DNA of 64,000 nucleotides from Nitrospirota bacterium (GTDB taxonomy: Bacteria; Nitrospirota; UBA9217), in contig CAWJQQ010000006.1 in NCBI GenBank assembly GCA_963845065.1, forward strand, positions 320,001 through 384,000, in the 5' to 3' direction. The translations under genes and the position numbers were made by a program. Below the pieces are notes generated by a model. That model saw nothing but the letters and a program-made list of their open reading frames with translations. It did not search any database and was not told where the DNA came from. Below are positions 20,802 to 31,502 of this stretch, piece by piece (position 1 is the stretch's first letter; each line of letters starts with the position of its first letter).

Positions 20802-21629
20802 TTATTTTTCCTTGAGCAGATCAAGAAAGCTCTGGATCGTCGTCAGTTTGCGCTCGGATTGCGAATAGAGCTTAGACGAAAACAGTGCCGTGGCTGCATG
20901 GCCGGCAAGCATCGAGAAAAGTTCGTAGTCTACGTTCGAAAACTGCTGTTTCTGGACTAGGAGCTTGTAGATGACAATGACGCCGATTACGTGCTCTTTG
21001 ATTTTTAGCGGTATGACGACTAAGGGGTGGAGATAATCCACACCAACGAGATCAGTGGGATCTCCCTCGCGGTAGAACGACTCACCTGATCGCGCAGCGG
21101 CACCGATGATCCCCTCTCCCAGCTTGACGCTGGACCTCGCCTCGGGTCCCATGCCTTCCTGGGCAACGATCGTGAGTTCGTTCGTCTTCTCATCGAGCAT
21201 CATGATGGAAAACTCCTCGGCGCCGATTAAATTCATGACGATCTCAAGAATTATCTTCAGGGACTCGTTGAAGTCCAGCGTGGAGTGCAATTGGTAGCTC
21301 GCGACGTAGAGGTTTGCCAAATTGTTATTTTCAGCCTCTACCTCTATGTATCGGTTGGCGAAGTCCTTATTCTCCTCCTCGACCACACGGTAGCGCTCAA
21401 TAAGGCTTCTGTTCTCATCTTCAAGAAATTTGACCCGCTCTTCCAGCGAGTGCACCTTATAGGTGCCTTCGCGATCTGAAAACTTGGTGACTTCCTCAAG
21501 CTGGGCAACTCGGTACCGAAGTTTCTCGTTCTCCTTGAGTAGCTCCTGAGTAAATTCCTCGCCTTTTTTGAAGACCTGGAGAAATTCTTCAACCTTTTTT
21601 GATATCGATGCGGGTTCTTTTTCCATCAT
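20802..21629 (-). CDS. Coiled-coil + GAF domain protein
   Basis: N-terminal coiled coil; LHSTLD, GEGIIG, IPLK..VIGVI and LAGHAA GAF pattern. Confidence 0.85.
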   Translation of the reverse strand: MMEKEPASISKKVEEFLQVFKKGEEFTQELLKENEKLRYRVAQLEEVTKFSDREGTYKVHSLEERVKFLEDENRSLIERYRVVEEENKDFANRYIEVEAENNNLANLYVASYQLHSTLDFNESLKIILEIVMNLIGAEEFSIMMLDEKTNELTIVAQEGMGPEARSSVKLGEGIIGAAARSGESFYREGDPTDLVGVDYLHPLVVIPLKIKEHVIGVIVIYKLLVQKQQFSNVDYELFSMLAGHAATALFSSKLYSQSERKLTTIQSFLDLLKEK

Positions 21630-21753
21630 TTTCTCCTGTTGTAACCGCTCAAAGCACCGGTGTCTCTGCTGCGGGCCTTTTCATGCAAGACGGGAGCATT
21701 TTCGTGATAGCACACCGCGCACCCTCCCACTGAAGATATGAACGATACGGGCA

Positions 21754-21782
21754 ATTATAGTCGAGTACGAAAAAATTATCAA
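21754..21782 (-). promoter_or_regulatory. Internal sigma-70-type promoter for GAF gene and cheY
   Basis: TTGATA-N17-TATAAT on the minus strand. Confidence 0.55.
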
Positions 21783-21803
21783 GGGAGAATTCTCGCGGTT
21801 ACT

Positions 21804-22880
21804 TCAATCAATAGGCTTACCGGGGTTACATCGAAGCAAGATCTCCTGAGCCATCTCGCGCAGCGGCAGCACCTTGTCAATAACGCCCGTTCGGATAGCC
21901 TCTTGCGGCATGCCGAAGACCACGGCACTTTCTTCACTTTCCGCAAGGCACAAACCTTGTTCCTTTTTTATAGCAAGTACTCCCTCAACGCCGTCTTTGC
22001 CCATCCCAGTAAGCACGACCCCAAGCACGGCAGGCCCACAGGCTTCGGCGGCGGAGACCATCATCCGATCGGCGGATGGTACATACATATCGGAAGAACT
22101 CCGTTGAACAAGCTCGGTAATTAGACCTTTGCGGTCTTGCTTTATTATGAGATGATAGCCGCCGGGCGCGATGAGTACGGTACCAGGTTTCAGACGATCG
22201 CCTGCTGCTGCCTCGCTGATGGCGAGTGCAGAGAGTTTGTTCAGCCGTTCTGCAAAGCTTTTGGTGAATCCGGCTGGCATATGCTGCGAAACCACGATAC
22301 CGGCGCGAAGATCGGCCGGCAGCGCTGTCAGAATGGCTTGGAGCGCAGGAGGGCCTCCTGTAGAAGATGCGACAGCCACAACCTCAATCGGCCCATGCTC
22401 TTTCTCTGCCTCTTCCTTCTTCTGGGCAACAGGAGCTGTCTGCTGTCGGGACAAGAGAGCTATCGTGTCTTTTACCCGCGACATCTGCATGTTCATGACA
22501 GTATGAACCTTGATCAAAAGATCATCGTGGATGGCTTCAATGCTCCTGGATATACGGGCTTCAGGCTTTGCGAGGAAATCTACGGCACCAACCTCGAAAG
22601 CGCGGAATACACTCAGGCTGTCGGACCTGGACGAAAGCACGATCACGGGCGTAGGGTGTTCTTTCATGATCCACCGGAGAAAAGTGAACCCGTCCATATG
22701 CGGCATCTCAAGGTCGAGTGTGATGACATCCGGCAACATACGGAGCGTCTTTGCAATCGCGTCAACGCCATCGACGGCGCTGCCGACAACCTCAATGTCT
22801 GTGTCGCTCGAAAGCATCTTTGAGATGGCCGTGCGATTATAGGCGGAGTCATCAACAATGAGAGCTTTGATTTTTTTCAT
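21804..22880 (-). CDS. cheB: Chemotaxis methylesterase
   Basis: Receiver domain plus SSTGGP, QHMP and LTGMGKDG motifs. Confidence 0.95.
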   Translation of the reverse strand: MKKIKALIVDDSAYNRTAISKMLSSDTDIEVVGSAVDGVDAIAKTLRMLPDVITLDLEMPHMDGFTFLRWIMKEHPTPVIVLSSRSDSLSVFRAFEVGAVDFLAKPEARISRSIEAIHDDLLIKVHTVMNMQMSRVKDTIALLSRQQTAPVAQKKEEAEKEHGPIEVVAVASSTGGPPALQAILTALPADLRAGIVVSQHMPAGFTKSFAERLNKLSALAISEAAAGDRLKPGTVLIAPGGYHLIIKQDRKGLITELVQRSSSDMYVPSADRMMVSAAEACGPAVLGVVLTGMGKDGVEGVLAIKKEQGLCLAESEESAVVFGMPQEAIRTGVIDKVLPLREMAQEILLRCNPGKPID

Positions 22881-23045
22881 GCCATTTTTTTTTCGTCGTT
22901 CACATCAGTGGCGATGCTCTTTTAAGCGCAGAAGGCATGGGGTTCACTCGTAATCATCCTTAAGCCTCGTCGCTCGGCTCAATGCTCACTGACCGTTATA
23001 TCGCCAGAGGCTTTATTTCTTATATCGTTTCATTCCCATTTCGTC

Positions 23046-23909
23046 TTATTCCGTTTTTGTCCTCACGGGTTTCTGGTAGACCATGTCATTCTTAAGAGTG
23101 CGGAGCATGAAGGCGTTCGAGATATTGATCAGTGATTCGGAATGACCCAAGAGAAGGTAACCGCCTTCGCGGAGCTTTTGATAAAAGCTTTCGATAACCT
23201 TTTTTTTGGCTTCCCGATCAAAATAAATGATTACGTTGCGGCAAAAAATGACATCCATGTTATTGATCAGGCTGGTTTTATGTGGATCGAGGAGATTGAC
23301 AGAGCTGAACGATACCAGTTCCTTAACGCGGTCGATAATGCGGTAATCGTTTTTTTCATCCTGCACAAAGTATTTGGCCAACATTTCTGGACTCGTAGCA
23401 CGGTGTGCGCTCTTCTTGTACACACCTTTGCGTGCCGTATGCAGCACTCGCTGGTTGATGTCGCTACCGAGGATTTCAACCTGCCAGTCCCGCCACCAGT
23501 CGCCGGACTCGAGCAGGAGAATAGCGATAGTGTACGGTTCTTCTCCCGTGGAACAGCCGGCGCTCCAGATCCTTAAAACTTTACGGTCTGTGAGGGACCG
23601 ACGCAGTTCAGGCAGGATTTCATCGGAAAAGGCACGGAGCTGCGGGCTCTCGCGAAAAAAATACGTCTCATTGGTGGTAAGATTATCAACAAGCACCACC
23701 AGTTCTGCTTCTCGTTTCCGGTCGTACTTCAATAAATGGTAGTACTCCTCGAAGTTTTTGAGCCCATGTTGTTCGAGCCGACGGGAAAGTCGGCGCTCAA
23801 GCAGGAATTTAGACCCGTCGTCAAAATATATTCCGCAGTAACCGTGGATAAAATCCCGGAGAAGCCTGAAGATATCATCTGGCAGAGGAATGATCTGCTC
23901 TTCGAACAT
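23046..23909 (-). CDS. cheR: Chemotaxis methyltransferase
   Basis: TTNETYFFRE, WSAGCSTGEEPY, CRNVIIYFD and GHSE motifs. Confidence 0.95.
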   Translation of the reverse strand: MFEEQIIPLPDDIFRLLRDFIHGYCGIYFDDGSKFLLERRLSRRLEQHGLKNFEEYYHLLKYDRKREAELVVLVDNLTTNETYFFRESPQLRAFSDEILPELRRSLTDRKVLRIWSAGCSTGEEPYTIAILLLESGDWWRDWQVEILGSDINQRVLHTARKGVYKKSAHRATSPEMLAKYFVQDEKNDYRIIDRVKELVSFSSVNLLDPHKTSLINNMDVIFCRNVIIYFDREAKKKVIESFYQKLREGGYLLLGHSESLINISNAFMLRTLKNDMVYQKPVRTKTE

Positions 23910-25901
23910 TTATTTCCCCAAAGCCTTTTTCGCCGCCTGCCGCACAGTCAGATCCGGGTCTTCTTCGGCAATCTTCGCAAGAAGTGTCTCGGTTGTTGCA
24001 GTACCTTTTTGTTTGACAACCTCGATTGCCGTCTTACGCACGCTCCAATGAGAATCGAACAGACATGCGGCCACGGACACTGCAGCGGCTTCTCCTTCAT
24101 AATGCGATAACGTTAGGAGTACAGTCTTGCGTACTTCGGGATCAGGATGATCAACCAGCGCAATCAACGGCCCCAGGGCTTTCGGGAATTGAAGTTTTCC
24201 CAGCACCTCTACTATTGCCAAGAGAAATATATCAGTTGCCGTCCCGAGGTAGGAAGTGAGGACCTCGCCAGCCTTGTCTCCACCAATGTTAGCGAGCCCC
24301 CGTGCTGCTGCAGCCTTCACCCAGAGGTCGGTGTCTTCTAGGAGGTGGATAAGTGCGTCGCGAGCTTTAGATGAGTCTATCGCGCCCAGCGCCTCAGCTG
24401 CCAGCATTCTAACCTCGGGATCGTCATCAGTAACCGCAAGTAAGAGTGATCTGAGAGCTTTCGCGCCTGCAGCGCTGCCGAGTGCCTGTACAACAGCCTT
24501 TCTGACTGCCGGCTCCTCGTCCTTAAGCGCAAATGTCAGTGCCTCATGAGCTCGATGGCTCGAAAACTTTCCGAGCAGGCGTGCGATGTTTCTCCGTAGA
24601 TAGGCCTCGTGGGAGGAAAAATCCTTTAGGTGGGCATCGAGTACTGATTCATCGCCGATCGTAGCAAGCGCCTGGATAGCAGCTTCCTGGACGTTCTCGT
24701 ATTCGTCCTGCAGGAGAGCCAGTAGGCCGGCGCGCGCGTTCCTGCTTTGGAGAAGCCCTAAGGCACCTGCTGCCGTGCTCCGCACATGGCCGTTCTCGTC
24801 TTGTAAGAGCATAATTAAGGCGTCTTCGGCAGCTGTTATACGGCCTTCACCCAGCACCTGGGCCACGGTCTGCCGGACCAGCGCATTTTCATTCGAGAGA
24901 AAACCGACGAGGAAACCGGCCTTGCCAGGATCGATATGCGCAAGCGACTGCACCACGGGATCGACGAGGTCTTCTTCTTTCAATAGGGCAAGTAGTCTTT
25001 TAATCGAGTTTTCCCTGCCTGTCCAGCCGAGCACAGCGATTGTCGATCTCTGCAGCTCTCCTACGCTCGTTATGAGGATTTCCTCAAGAAAGTCCATAGC
25101 TGACGCACTCAGGCCGGTTCGCAAAACTTCTACGATGTTCCGGCGTTCCGTCGCTCCGCTCTTCCGGTAGATCGTGTCAAGCGCCACAATCGAAACCTCG
25201 CGAACAATCCGAAGCGGGTCGGTTAGGCTCGCGATGAGCGGCCCCAGTGTTGTAGCGTTGCCAATCTTTCCAAGAGCCTCAAGAACGGGCTCTCGGAGGC
25301 TATTTTGGCCGAGTGCTGCAAGAAGCGGTCCGAGCGCACGTTCATCGCCTATCTCTCCTAGGGCCTCTGCGGATGCATAGTCGAGCCAGCCCTGGTTGTG
25401 GTGGGTTAAACAATTAAGTAGCGCATCAACTGCACGGCGGTCTCGAATCTTGCCGAGGGCCTCCGCTGCCGCCACTTGGATATTCTCGTCAGCGTCTCTC
25501 AGCCTGTCGATCAGGGCCGGTACAGCACGGCGGTCTTTGATGTCCCCCAATATGTCGACGACGAATTTCCGCACGTCCAGATCAGGCGTTTCTATGATGC
25601 CGAGTAGGGGATCGACAGCCTGGCCGCCGATCTGAATTAGCGCCTCGATGGACGAGTTTCGTGCACCTGCGTTATCCTGCGAACTCAGCGTCTGAATGAG
25701 ACCGCCGATGACGTTTGCCCCGCCGAACGACAGCAGCGCTTCAACCGCGGTCTTCCGTACCCGCCAGTCAACATCTCCCATTGCGCGGAGGAGGAGGGGC
25801 AAGGATTCGCTGCCAATGCCGGCAAGCTCGAGGACTGCCTCACGTCTCTCCTCGGCGTTGCTACTCTCGAGCTTATTTCTACTCGCTTCACGATGCAACA
25901 T
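23910..25901 (-). CDS. HEAT/PBS-lyase repeat protein
   Basis: Many D.D..VR..A..ALG repeats; GGAGG before MLHREAS. Confidence 0.9.
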   Translation of the reverse strand: MLHREASRNKLESSNAEERREAVLELAGIGSESLPLLLRAMGDVDWRVRKTAVEALLSFGGANVIGGLIQTLSSQDNAGARNSSIEALIQIGGQAVDPLLGIIETPDLDVRKFVVDILGDIKDRRAVPALIDRLRDADENIQVAAAEALGKIRDRRAVDALLNCLTHHNQGWLDYASAEALGEIGDERALGPLLAALGQNSLREPVLEALGKIGNATTLGPLIASLTDPLRIVREVSIVALDTIYRKSGATERRNIVEVLRTGLSASAMDFLEEILITSVGELQRSTIAVLGWTGRENSIKRLLALLKEEDLVDPVVQSLAHIDPGKAGFLVGFLSNENALVRQTVAQVLGEGRITAAEDALIMLLQDENGHVRSTAAGALGLLQSRNARAGLLALLQDEYENVQEAAIQALATIGDESVLDAHLKDFSSHEAYLRRNIARLLGKFSSHRAHEALTFALKDEEPAVRKAVVQALGSAAGAKALRSLLLAVTDDDPEVRMLAAEALGAIDSSKARDALIHLLEDTDLWVKAAAARGLANIGGDKAGEVLTSYLGTATDIFLLAIVEVLGKLQFPKALGPLIALVDHPDPEVRKTVLLTLSHYEGEAAAVSVAACLFDSHWSVRKTAIEVVKQKGTATTETLLAKIAEEDPDLTVRQAAKKALGK

Positions 25902-26445
25902 GTTCGGCCTCCGCAAGCGCTGAACGCTCCTGCTGGTTCAATATCCTGGCAATATCGAGAAGAATAATGAGCCGCTCCCCTACTTTGCCCATCCCAGTTA
26001 TGAAGTCAGCCTGTCTTCCTGTCGCGGCCTCGGGGGCCGGTTCGATATCTTTTTTGGGCACATGAATCACTTCTTTCACGACGTCTACCACCAGTCCGAG
26101 CAGTTCCTGCCTGTTCCCTGGGGAGACCGGGACCGCTCCCCTCGTGATCATCATGCGCATCTTACGAAGATTATCACGTATCTCGGCAAGACCGAACCGT
26201 TTTCTCAGATCGACAATCGGGATAATAATACCGCGCAGATTGATCACACCCTCGATAAACTGAGGCATCCGGGGCAATGTCGTGATCTTATGGGGTCTGA
26301 CGACCTCTGTTATGTAATTAATGTCCAGGCCGTATTCCTCCGCGCCCACCTGGAAGGTCACGAGTTGTACAGTTTCCTCGACAGCGGTTGACTTTTTTTC
26401 TTTTGCGATGATGCTCTTCATAATTATTGCACCATTCCTGTTCAT
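25888..26445 (-). CDS. cheW: CheW coupling protein
   Basis: GVINLRG.IIPIVDL and GLVVD motifs; true start may be 26421. Confidence 0.92.
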   Translation of the reverse strand: MNRNGAIIMKSIIAKEKKSTAVEETVQLVTFQVGAEEYGLDINYITEVVRPHKITTLPRMPQFIEGVINLRGIIIPIVDLRKRFGLAEIRDNLRKMRMMITRGAVPVSPGNRQELLGLVVDVVKEVIHVPKKDIEPAPEAATGRQADFITGMGKVGERLIILLDIARILNQQERSALAEAEHVAS

Positions 26446-28580
26446 TACGTTCTGAATTTTTCAATATCTTTTTTCAGCGTTTCCGACTGTTTGACCATCA
26501 CATCCATGGCAATGTTTAGCCCGACACTCAGGTCCGCATTAGATTTAGCAATTTCTTTGATCCGCTCGATGGCCTTTACGATCAAATCGCTCCCGGCCTG
26601 CACTTCACCCGCCGCACGGTGGACCATCCCAATTTTCGTGCTCATATTTTCTACGGACACAGTAATGTCCTTGCTACCCTTGGCCTGTTCTTCCGTGGAG
26701 TTTTTTACAAAGCGCGTCAATTCCCGCATCTTCTCCGATGCTCGCATGATCTGATCACTGCCGGCCCGCTGCGCGTTTGCGGCGTGGGCAATCTGGTGGG
26801 TCATTTCATTAATTTTTTCGACAGCATCACTAACCTGCCGAATGCCTCGGGTCTGCTCGGCTGCAGCCTTGCTAATACTCTTGCTCATGTCGCGGGCCAT
26901 GTCCGCTCGTTCCAAGATTTTTTTCAGCGCCTCTCCGGCATCACGTGCAAGCAAAACTCCATCTGCAACTATCGTGACCTCTTCCCGCATGACTCCAACT
27001 GCATCGCGCGTCTCTTCCTGAACAGATGCGATCAGTGTACCAATTTCCTTCGTAGACGAGGCCGTGCGGTTAGCGAGCTCGCGGATCTCTGCCGCGACGA
27101 CAGCAAACCCCTTGCCATGCTCGCCTGCCTGCGCTGCCAAGATGGCTGCATTGAGGGCCAAGAGTCCAGTTTGGTCCGTTATATCCTCGATCACAGTCAA
27201 AATGCTCCCGATACTCTCGGCCCGTTCACCCAAGCGGTTTACCACCTCCGCAGTACGCCGTGCTGTTGTATCAATCCGGTTCATGCCTTCGATGGTCTTC
27301 TCGATCGAACACATACCAAGCTGCTCTGCGTCGGCGGCGACTGCATTAGCAAGCGCGGCGGACTCCTGCGCATTGATTTCCACCTCTTTCACCGATGCAC
27401 TGATTTGCGTCGCCGACGCGGCGGTATCTTCTGCGGCAGTGGAAAGGACCTCCACGTTTTCGGCGATCTGGCGAACCGCGGCCGACATCTGGGTGATAGC
27501 ACTCGACGTATCCTCTATGGATAAGGACAGATCCACCATCGTCTTGGCGACTTCATGCACCGAGGCCGCCATCTCGATCACAGATGATGACGTCTGTTCC
27601 GAGCTCTTATGGAGTTCCTCGACGGTTCCCGCAATCTCCTTCAGGGAGAAATGCATCTCGTTTACAGAGGAAGCGGCTTCTTCAACGGATTCCGCCTGCA
27701 CTTTGCTTCCCGTCGTAATCTCCGTGGATATTGCTTTAACTTCCCTCCATACGGTTTCTGTCTTATGGGCTGCCTCCTGAATATTCTCGATCATGCTTTT
27801 GAGCCCAATGATCATCCGGTTCAAGCCTCTTCCAAGCATTCCAATCTCATCCATAGTGCTCACACGAAAACTCTGCGTCAGGTCGCCAGCCGCGATATTC
27901 GATGCCACGACTTCCGCGGTCCTCATCGGCAGTACGATCATCCGTCTGATCATGGAATAATTAAGCGCGGCCAGAATCACGATGATCAGCAGGCTCGTTC
28001 CGAGAAGCATCATGACGATTTTCCAAACATTGGCCTGTATTTGTGAGCGCGAGAACGCTATCTTTACCTGGCCCAGTTTTGTTTTTTCGAGCATGATGTC
28101 AACGGACACTTCGATGGGGTCGAGCCTCCGACAAATGGCTTCGGTGAGCACATTGACATCATCCGTTTTTGCAGCATTGAGGATCGCAGTGACGGCCTCG
28201 TTCCCCCGATTGAAACTGGCCCGCGCAGACGTAAGAGGACGCCCGTCATTGTTCACGATAACCACATAGAGGATTTCGGGCGATTTTACGACGTCCCCAA
28301 CGAGCATGTTCAGGGCCACTAGATCGCTTGCGATAAGACGATCGATGATCGCTTTCCCGAGAACCATCCCTGTTTCGCGCCCGCGAACTTCAACAGTGCG
28401 ATACTGATACGTGAGAACCATTCTGGTAACAAAGACCGTACCCAAGATCATGACCAGGGCAATCGCGCCGGTCATGACCGCCATGAATTTCAGCCCCATG
28501 TTGGCGTCGATCCGGTCCCTGACGGTCCTTTTAAAAAGCTCTCGCAAATTGATTTTTATCTCCACCCTTGTCCCGCGCAT
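26445..28580 (-). CDS. Methyl-accepting chemotaxis protein with long signalling domain
   Basis: Two TMs, [37 protein letters not shown] before ATG 28580. Confidence 0.93.
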   Translation of the reverse strand: MRGTRVEIKINLRELFKRTVRDRIDANMGLKFMAVMTGAIALVMILGTVFVTRMVLTYQYRTVEVRGRETGMVLGKAIIDRLIASDLVALNMLVGDVVKSPEILYVVIVNNDGRPLTSARASFNRGNEAVTAILNAAKTDDVNVLTEAICRRLDPIEVSVDIMLEKTKLGQVKIAFSRSQIQANVWKIVMMLLGTSLLIIVILAALNYSMIRRMIVLPMRTAEVVASNIAAGDLTQSFRVSTMDEIGMLGRGLNRMIIGLKSMIENIQEAAHKTETVWREVKAISTEITTGSKVQAESVEEAASSVNEMHFSLKEIAGTVEELHKSSEQTSSSVIEMAASVHEVAKTMVDLSLSIEDTSSAITQMSAAVRQIAENVEVLSTAAEDTAASATQISASVKEVEINAQESAALANAVAADAEQLGMCSIEKTIEGMNRIDTTARRTAEVVNRLGERAESIGSILTVIEDITDQTGLLALNAAILAAQAGEHGKGFAVVAAEIRELANRTASSTKEIGTLIASVQEETRDAVGVMREEVTIVADGVLLARDAGEALKKILERADMARDMSKSISKAAAEQTRGIRQVSDAVEKINEMTHQIAHAANAQRAGSDQIMRASEKMRELTRFVKNSTEEQAKGSKDITVSVENMSTKIGMVHRAAGEVQAGSDLIVKAIERIKEIAKSNADLSVGLNIAMDVMVKQSETLKKDIEKFRT

Positions 28581-28606
28581 ACGACTCCTCGGTGTGGTAA
28601 CTGATG

Positions 28607-31402
28607 TCACACCGACGCTCCAGCCGCTTCCATAGCGGACATGATCTTGCCAATCCCTTCGTAGTCCACGGCTTCTGCGTCCGTGAACCCTGTATAATCC
28701 GGATCGATCATCGTGAGCGAACGCGCCTGTTCGGCATCCCTCCGGTCCATTGATGTGAGAGCATGTTTAATCCGCTCTGCCATTGCCCGGTCCATGTCCT
28801 TCGAGACGCAGATATTGAATTCAGGGATATCGATCGATGTTTTTATCACGGTGAGGCCACGGCCTTCAAATAACTTTGCCGTTGATTCACGAATACCGCC
28901 GGCGTCGTACTCGCCATCTAGTACCGCGGCCGCCACGGTATCATGGTGTCCGAGGAACGAGTGGTGCTTCAGATCGTCCAGTCCAATCCCCGCGTCCGCC
29001 AACATCGCGCGGGGAATCAGGTAACTCGATGTAGACATTCTGTCGCCGAAAGCGAAACGCTTTCCTTTTATCGCTTCTACGGACGAAATTTCGCCGCCCG
29101 ACCGTACGACAATGACAGAATGAGTAACGGGCACGCCGTTACGAAGTGCCTTAACAAGGAGCACTGCCCCGAATTTTTTCTTCGCTTCTATATAGGTCGT
29201 TGGTGTCAAAAAAGCTAGTTGCGTCACACTTTCCTCAAGGTCCTTGAGCGTTTGCGCAAAATCGACTGCCGTTGACAACTCTACCCTTCGTCCAATAGAC
29301 CGCGACAGATAGTCAGCGAGCGGAGTAAAGCGACGGTACATTTCTGCTGGCGAGTCGAGTGGGATCACTCCCATCATCAAGGCACCATCCACGGTATTGC
29401 GTCGTCCTTTTGTCACCGTCATAGTGCCGATTTCCTGGTTCAACAAATCCGCCTGCTCCCCCAAGGTCGTGAGCGCGCCAGCCATATCTTCGACCCCCCT
29501 CATGTTCCTGCGCGGGAGGTCCTGGATCTGTTCAAGGGTGTTGAGAACCTGCTGAACTGCCTGTCTCTGTTCCGCCGTCCCTGAAGCGATCTTGCCGGCG
29601 CGCATGGTCACGTTATCCGCGGCTTCGGCAATCTGCTTTCCACCGCGCCCCTGTTCTGTCATGGCGATGCGGACCCGCCGAGCGATGTCCCGCATTTCCT
29701 CGGCCGCACTCAAGATCATCTCTGTACCCTTGCTCTGTGCCTGTGTCGCTGAAGCTATTTGCAGCGTCATCTGCTTGACGTTCGCAATGGCTTCGCCTAC
29801 TTGTTTGATACCGCGAGCCTGCTCGCTCATGGCCCGATCAATCATGGTGGCCATCTCAGTCGAACGGGTTGAACTGGCCAGCATCTTGTCAAGAGCAGCT
29901 GCTGCCCCTCGGACACGCCTTACACCTTCTTCAACCGCCATCAGACTCTCTGACATTGCAGCAACGGCCTCTTTGGCCTCTTTCTGGACAGACGTAATGA
30001 GTTTTCCGATGTCCTGGGCTGACCCGGCAGTCCGGTCAGCGAGTGCCTTGATCTCTTCAGCTACGACAGCAAAGCCTTTACCGTGTTCCCCCGCCTGGGC
30101 TGCAAGGATCGAAGCGTTCAACGCCAGTAGGTTCGTCCGCTCCGTTACCTCAACGATCACACCGAGGATCTTGCCGATCTCCTCGGACCGTTTCCCGAGC
30201 CGTGTCACCACGCTGGAATAGCGCTCCACTGCGTCCTTGATAGTATTGATGGCGTCCATGGTCTCATGGATCGATCTGACGGCCATATCCTTTGCATCTG
30301 CAGAGACCTGCTGCGAGAGCTTCGTGGACTCCTTGGCTGTCCGCTCCACTTCACGTACCGTTGCCTCAATCTGGATCGCTGACGCAGACGTCTCTTCTGC
30401 CGCGGACGAGAGGCTTTCGACATGGCCAGCAACCTCGCGAATCGACGCGATCATTTCGGTGACAGATGTCGTAACGTCTTCAACAGAAGACGTAAGCTCT
30501 CCCGTATGACGGGCGACTTCCTGATTCGTCGCGTTCATCTCGAGAATGGCCGAAGACGTTTCTTCCGCCGAAACCGACAAGCTTTCAGCGCTTTCGGCGA
30601 TCCCCTGTATGGACGAAGATATCTTTGCAACAGATGTGGAAACATTCGAAATGGCTTGGGATTCAACCTCGGCGTTTTGTCTGACCTCGCGTCCGTCCGT
30701 CGCAATGACAGGGCTCAACTTGTTGATCCGAGCTGATATCGCGATCATTTCGACAATGAACTGTTCCAGGCGTGAGATCAGGTAATTGATGCTATCAGCA
30801 AACTCGCCAATTTCATCATTGTTGACCGCTGTAACGCGCCCGGTGAAGTCCTTTCGATCAATCAAATCCTTCAGCGCTCTTCGAATCTTTTTTACCGGAT
30901 TCGTGATTGTCCGAGTAACCGAAAAAAAGAGGATTCCTGAAATGATCACAAAGATAATCACATCTTCGATGAATGCGCTGATGGCAAAGGCACGAAGTTT
31001 CATATTCAGTGCGGAAGGAAATACGATGATATGGATTTCTCCCAGACGGGTCGCGTTCGATGTAATCGGCATCGGGCTTAGCTCGATCTGAATATTCGAA
31101 TGTGATGATTTACTTTCTTGGATTAGTTTATTGCCTGTGCTGTCAAAGATCGTCACTTCTTGAGCGTCGGGTGTCTGCATAAAATTCTGCACCATGGTAT
31201 GCAGACCGACGACATCTGCCGTGAGGATAAAAGGCGCGGCCAGTCCCGCCATAAGCTGACAGGACTGTTCACCATGAACGCGCGCAGTGTTAATGATTTC
31301 CTGCTTTGCCATGAAATAGCGGTACATCCCGATGGGCCCCATAACCAGTAACAGACCCGTAAAGATCACGATTATGAGCTTCTGTCTAACGCCGATACGC
31401 AC
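28607..31402 (-). CDS. MCP fused to a C-terminal PhnD-like phosphate/phosphonate-binding domain
   Basis: TM-periplasmic-TM-HAMP-MA ([10 protein letters not shown]), then GVIP...FTPLADYLS...[19 protein letters not shown]...GHHDTV. Confidence 0.88.
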   Translation of the reverse strand: MRIGVRQKLIIVIFTGLLLVMGPIGMYRYFMAKQEIINTARVHGEQSCQLMAGLAAPFILTADVVGLHTMVQNFMQTPDAQEVTIFDSTGNKLIQESKSSHSNIQIELSPMPITSNATRLGEIHIIVFPSALNMKLRAFAISAFIEDVIIFVIISGILFFSVTRTITNPVKKIRRALKDLIDRKDFTGRVTAVNNDEIGEFADSINYLISRLEQFIVEMIAISARINKLSPVIATDGREVRQNAEVESQAISNVSTSVAKISSSIQGIAESAESLSVSAEETSSAILEMNATNQEVARHTGELTSSVEDVTTSVTEMIASIREVAGHVESLSSAAEETSASAIQIEATVREVERTAKESTKLSQQVSADAKDMAVRSIHETMDAINTIKDAVERYSSVVTRLGKRSEEIGKILGVIVEVTERTNLLALNASILAAQAGEHGKGFAVVAEEIKALADRTAGSAQDIGKLITSVQKEAKEAVAAMSESLMAVEEGVRRVRGAAAALDKMLASSTRSTEMATMIDRAMSEQARGIKQVGEAIANVKQMTLQIASATQAQSKGTEMILSAAEEMRDIARRVRIAMTEQGRGGKQIAEAADNVTMRAGKIASGTAEQRQAVQQVLNTLEQIQDLPRRNMRGVEDMAGALTTLGEQADLLNQEIGTMTVTKGRRNTVDGALMMGVIPLDSPAEMYRRFTPLADYLSRSIGRRVELSTAVDFAQTLKDLEESVTQLAFLTPTTYIEAKKKFGAVLLVKALRNGVPVTHSVIVVRSGGEISSVEAIKGKRFAFGDRMSTSSYLIPRAMLADAGIGLDDLKHHSFLGHHDTVAAAVLDGEYDAGGIRESTAKLFEGRGLTVIKTSIDIPEFNICVSKDMDRAMAERIKHALTSMDRRDAEQARSLTMIDPDYTGFTDAEAVDYEGIGKIMSAMEAAGASV

Positions 31403-31502
31403 GTTTTCCTCCTAAAGCAAAATACAATAAAATAGACTGTTATGAATATAAATTGCACAAACCACAGCCTACCGTCCGCATGTCGTCAACTGACATCTTC
31501 TG

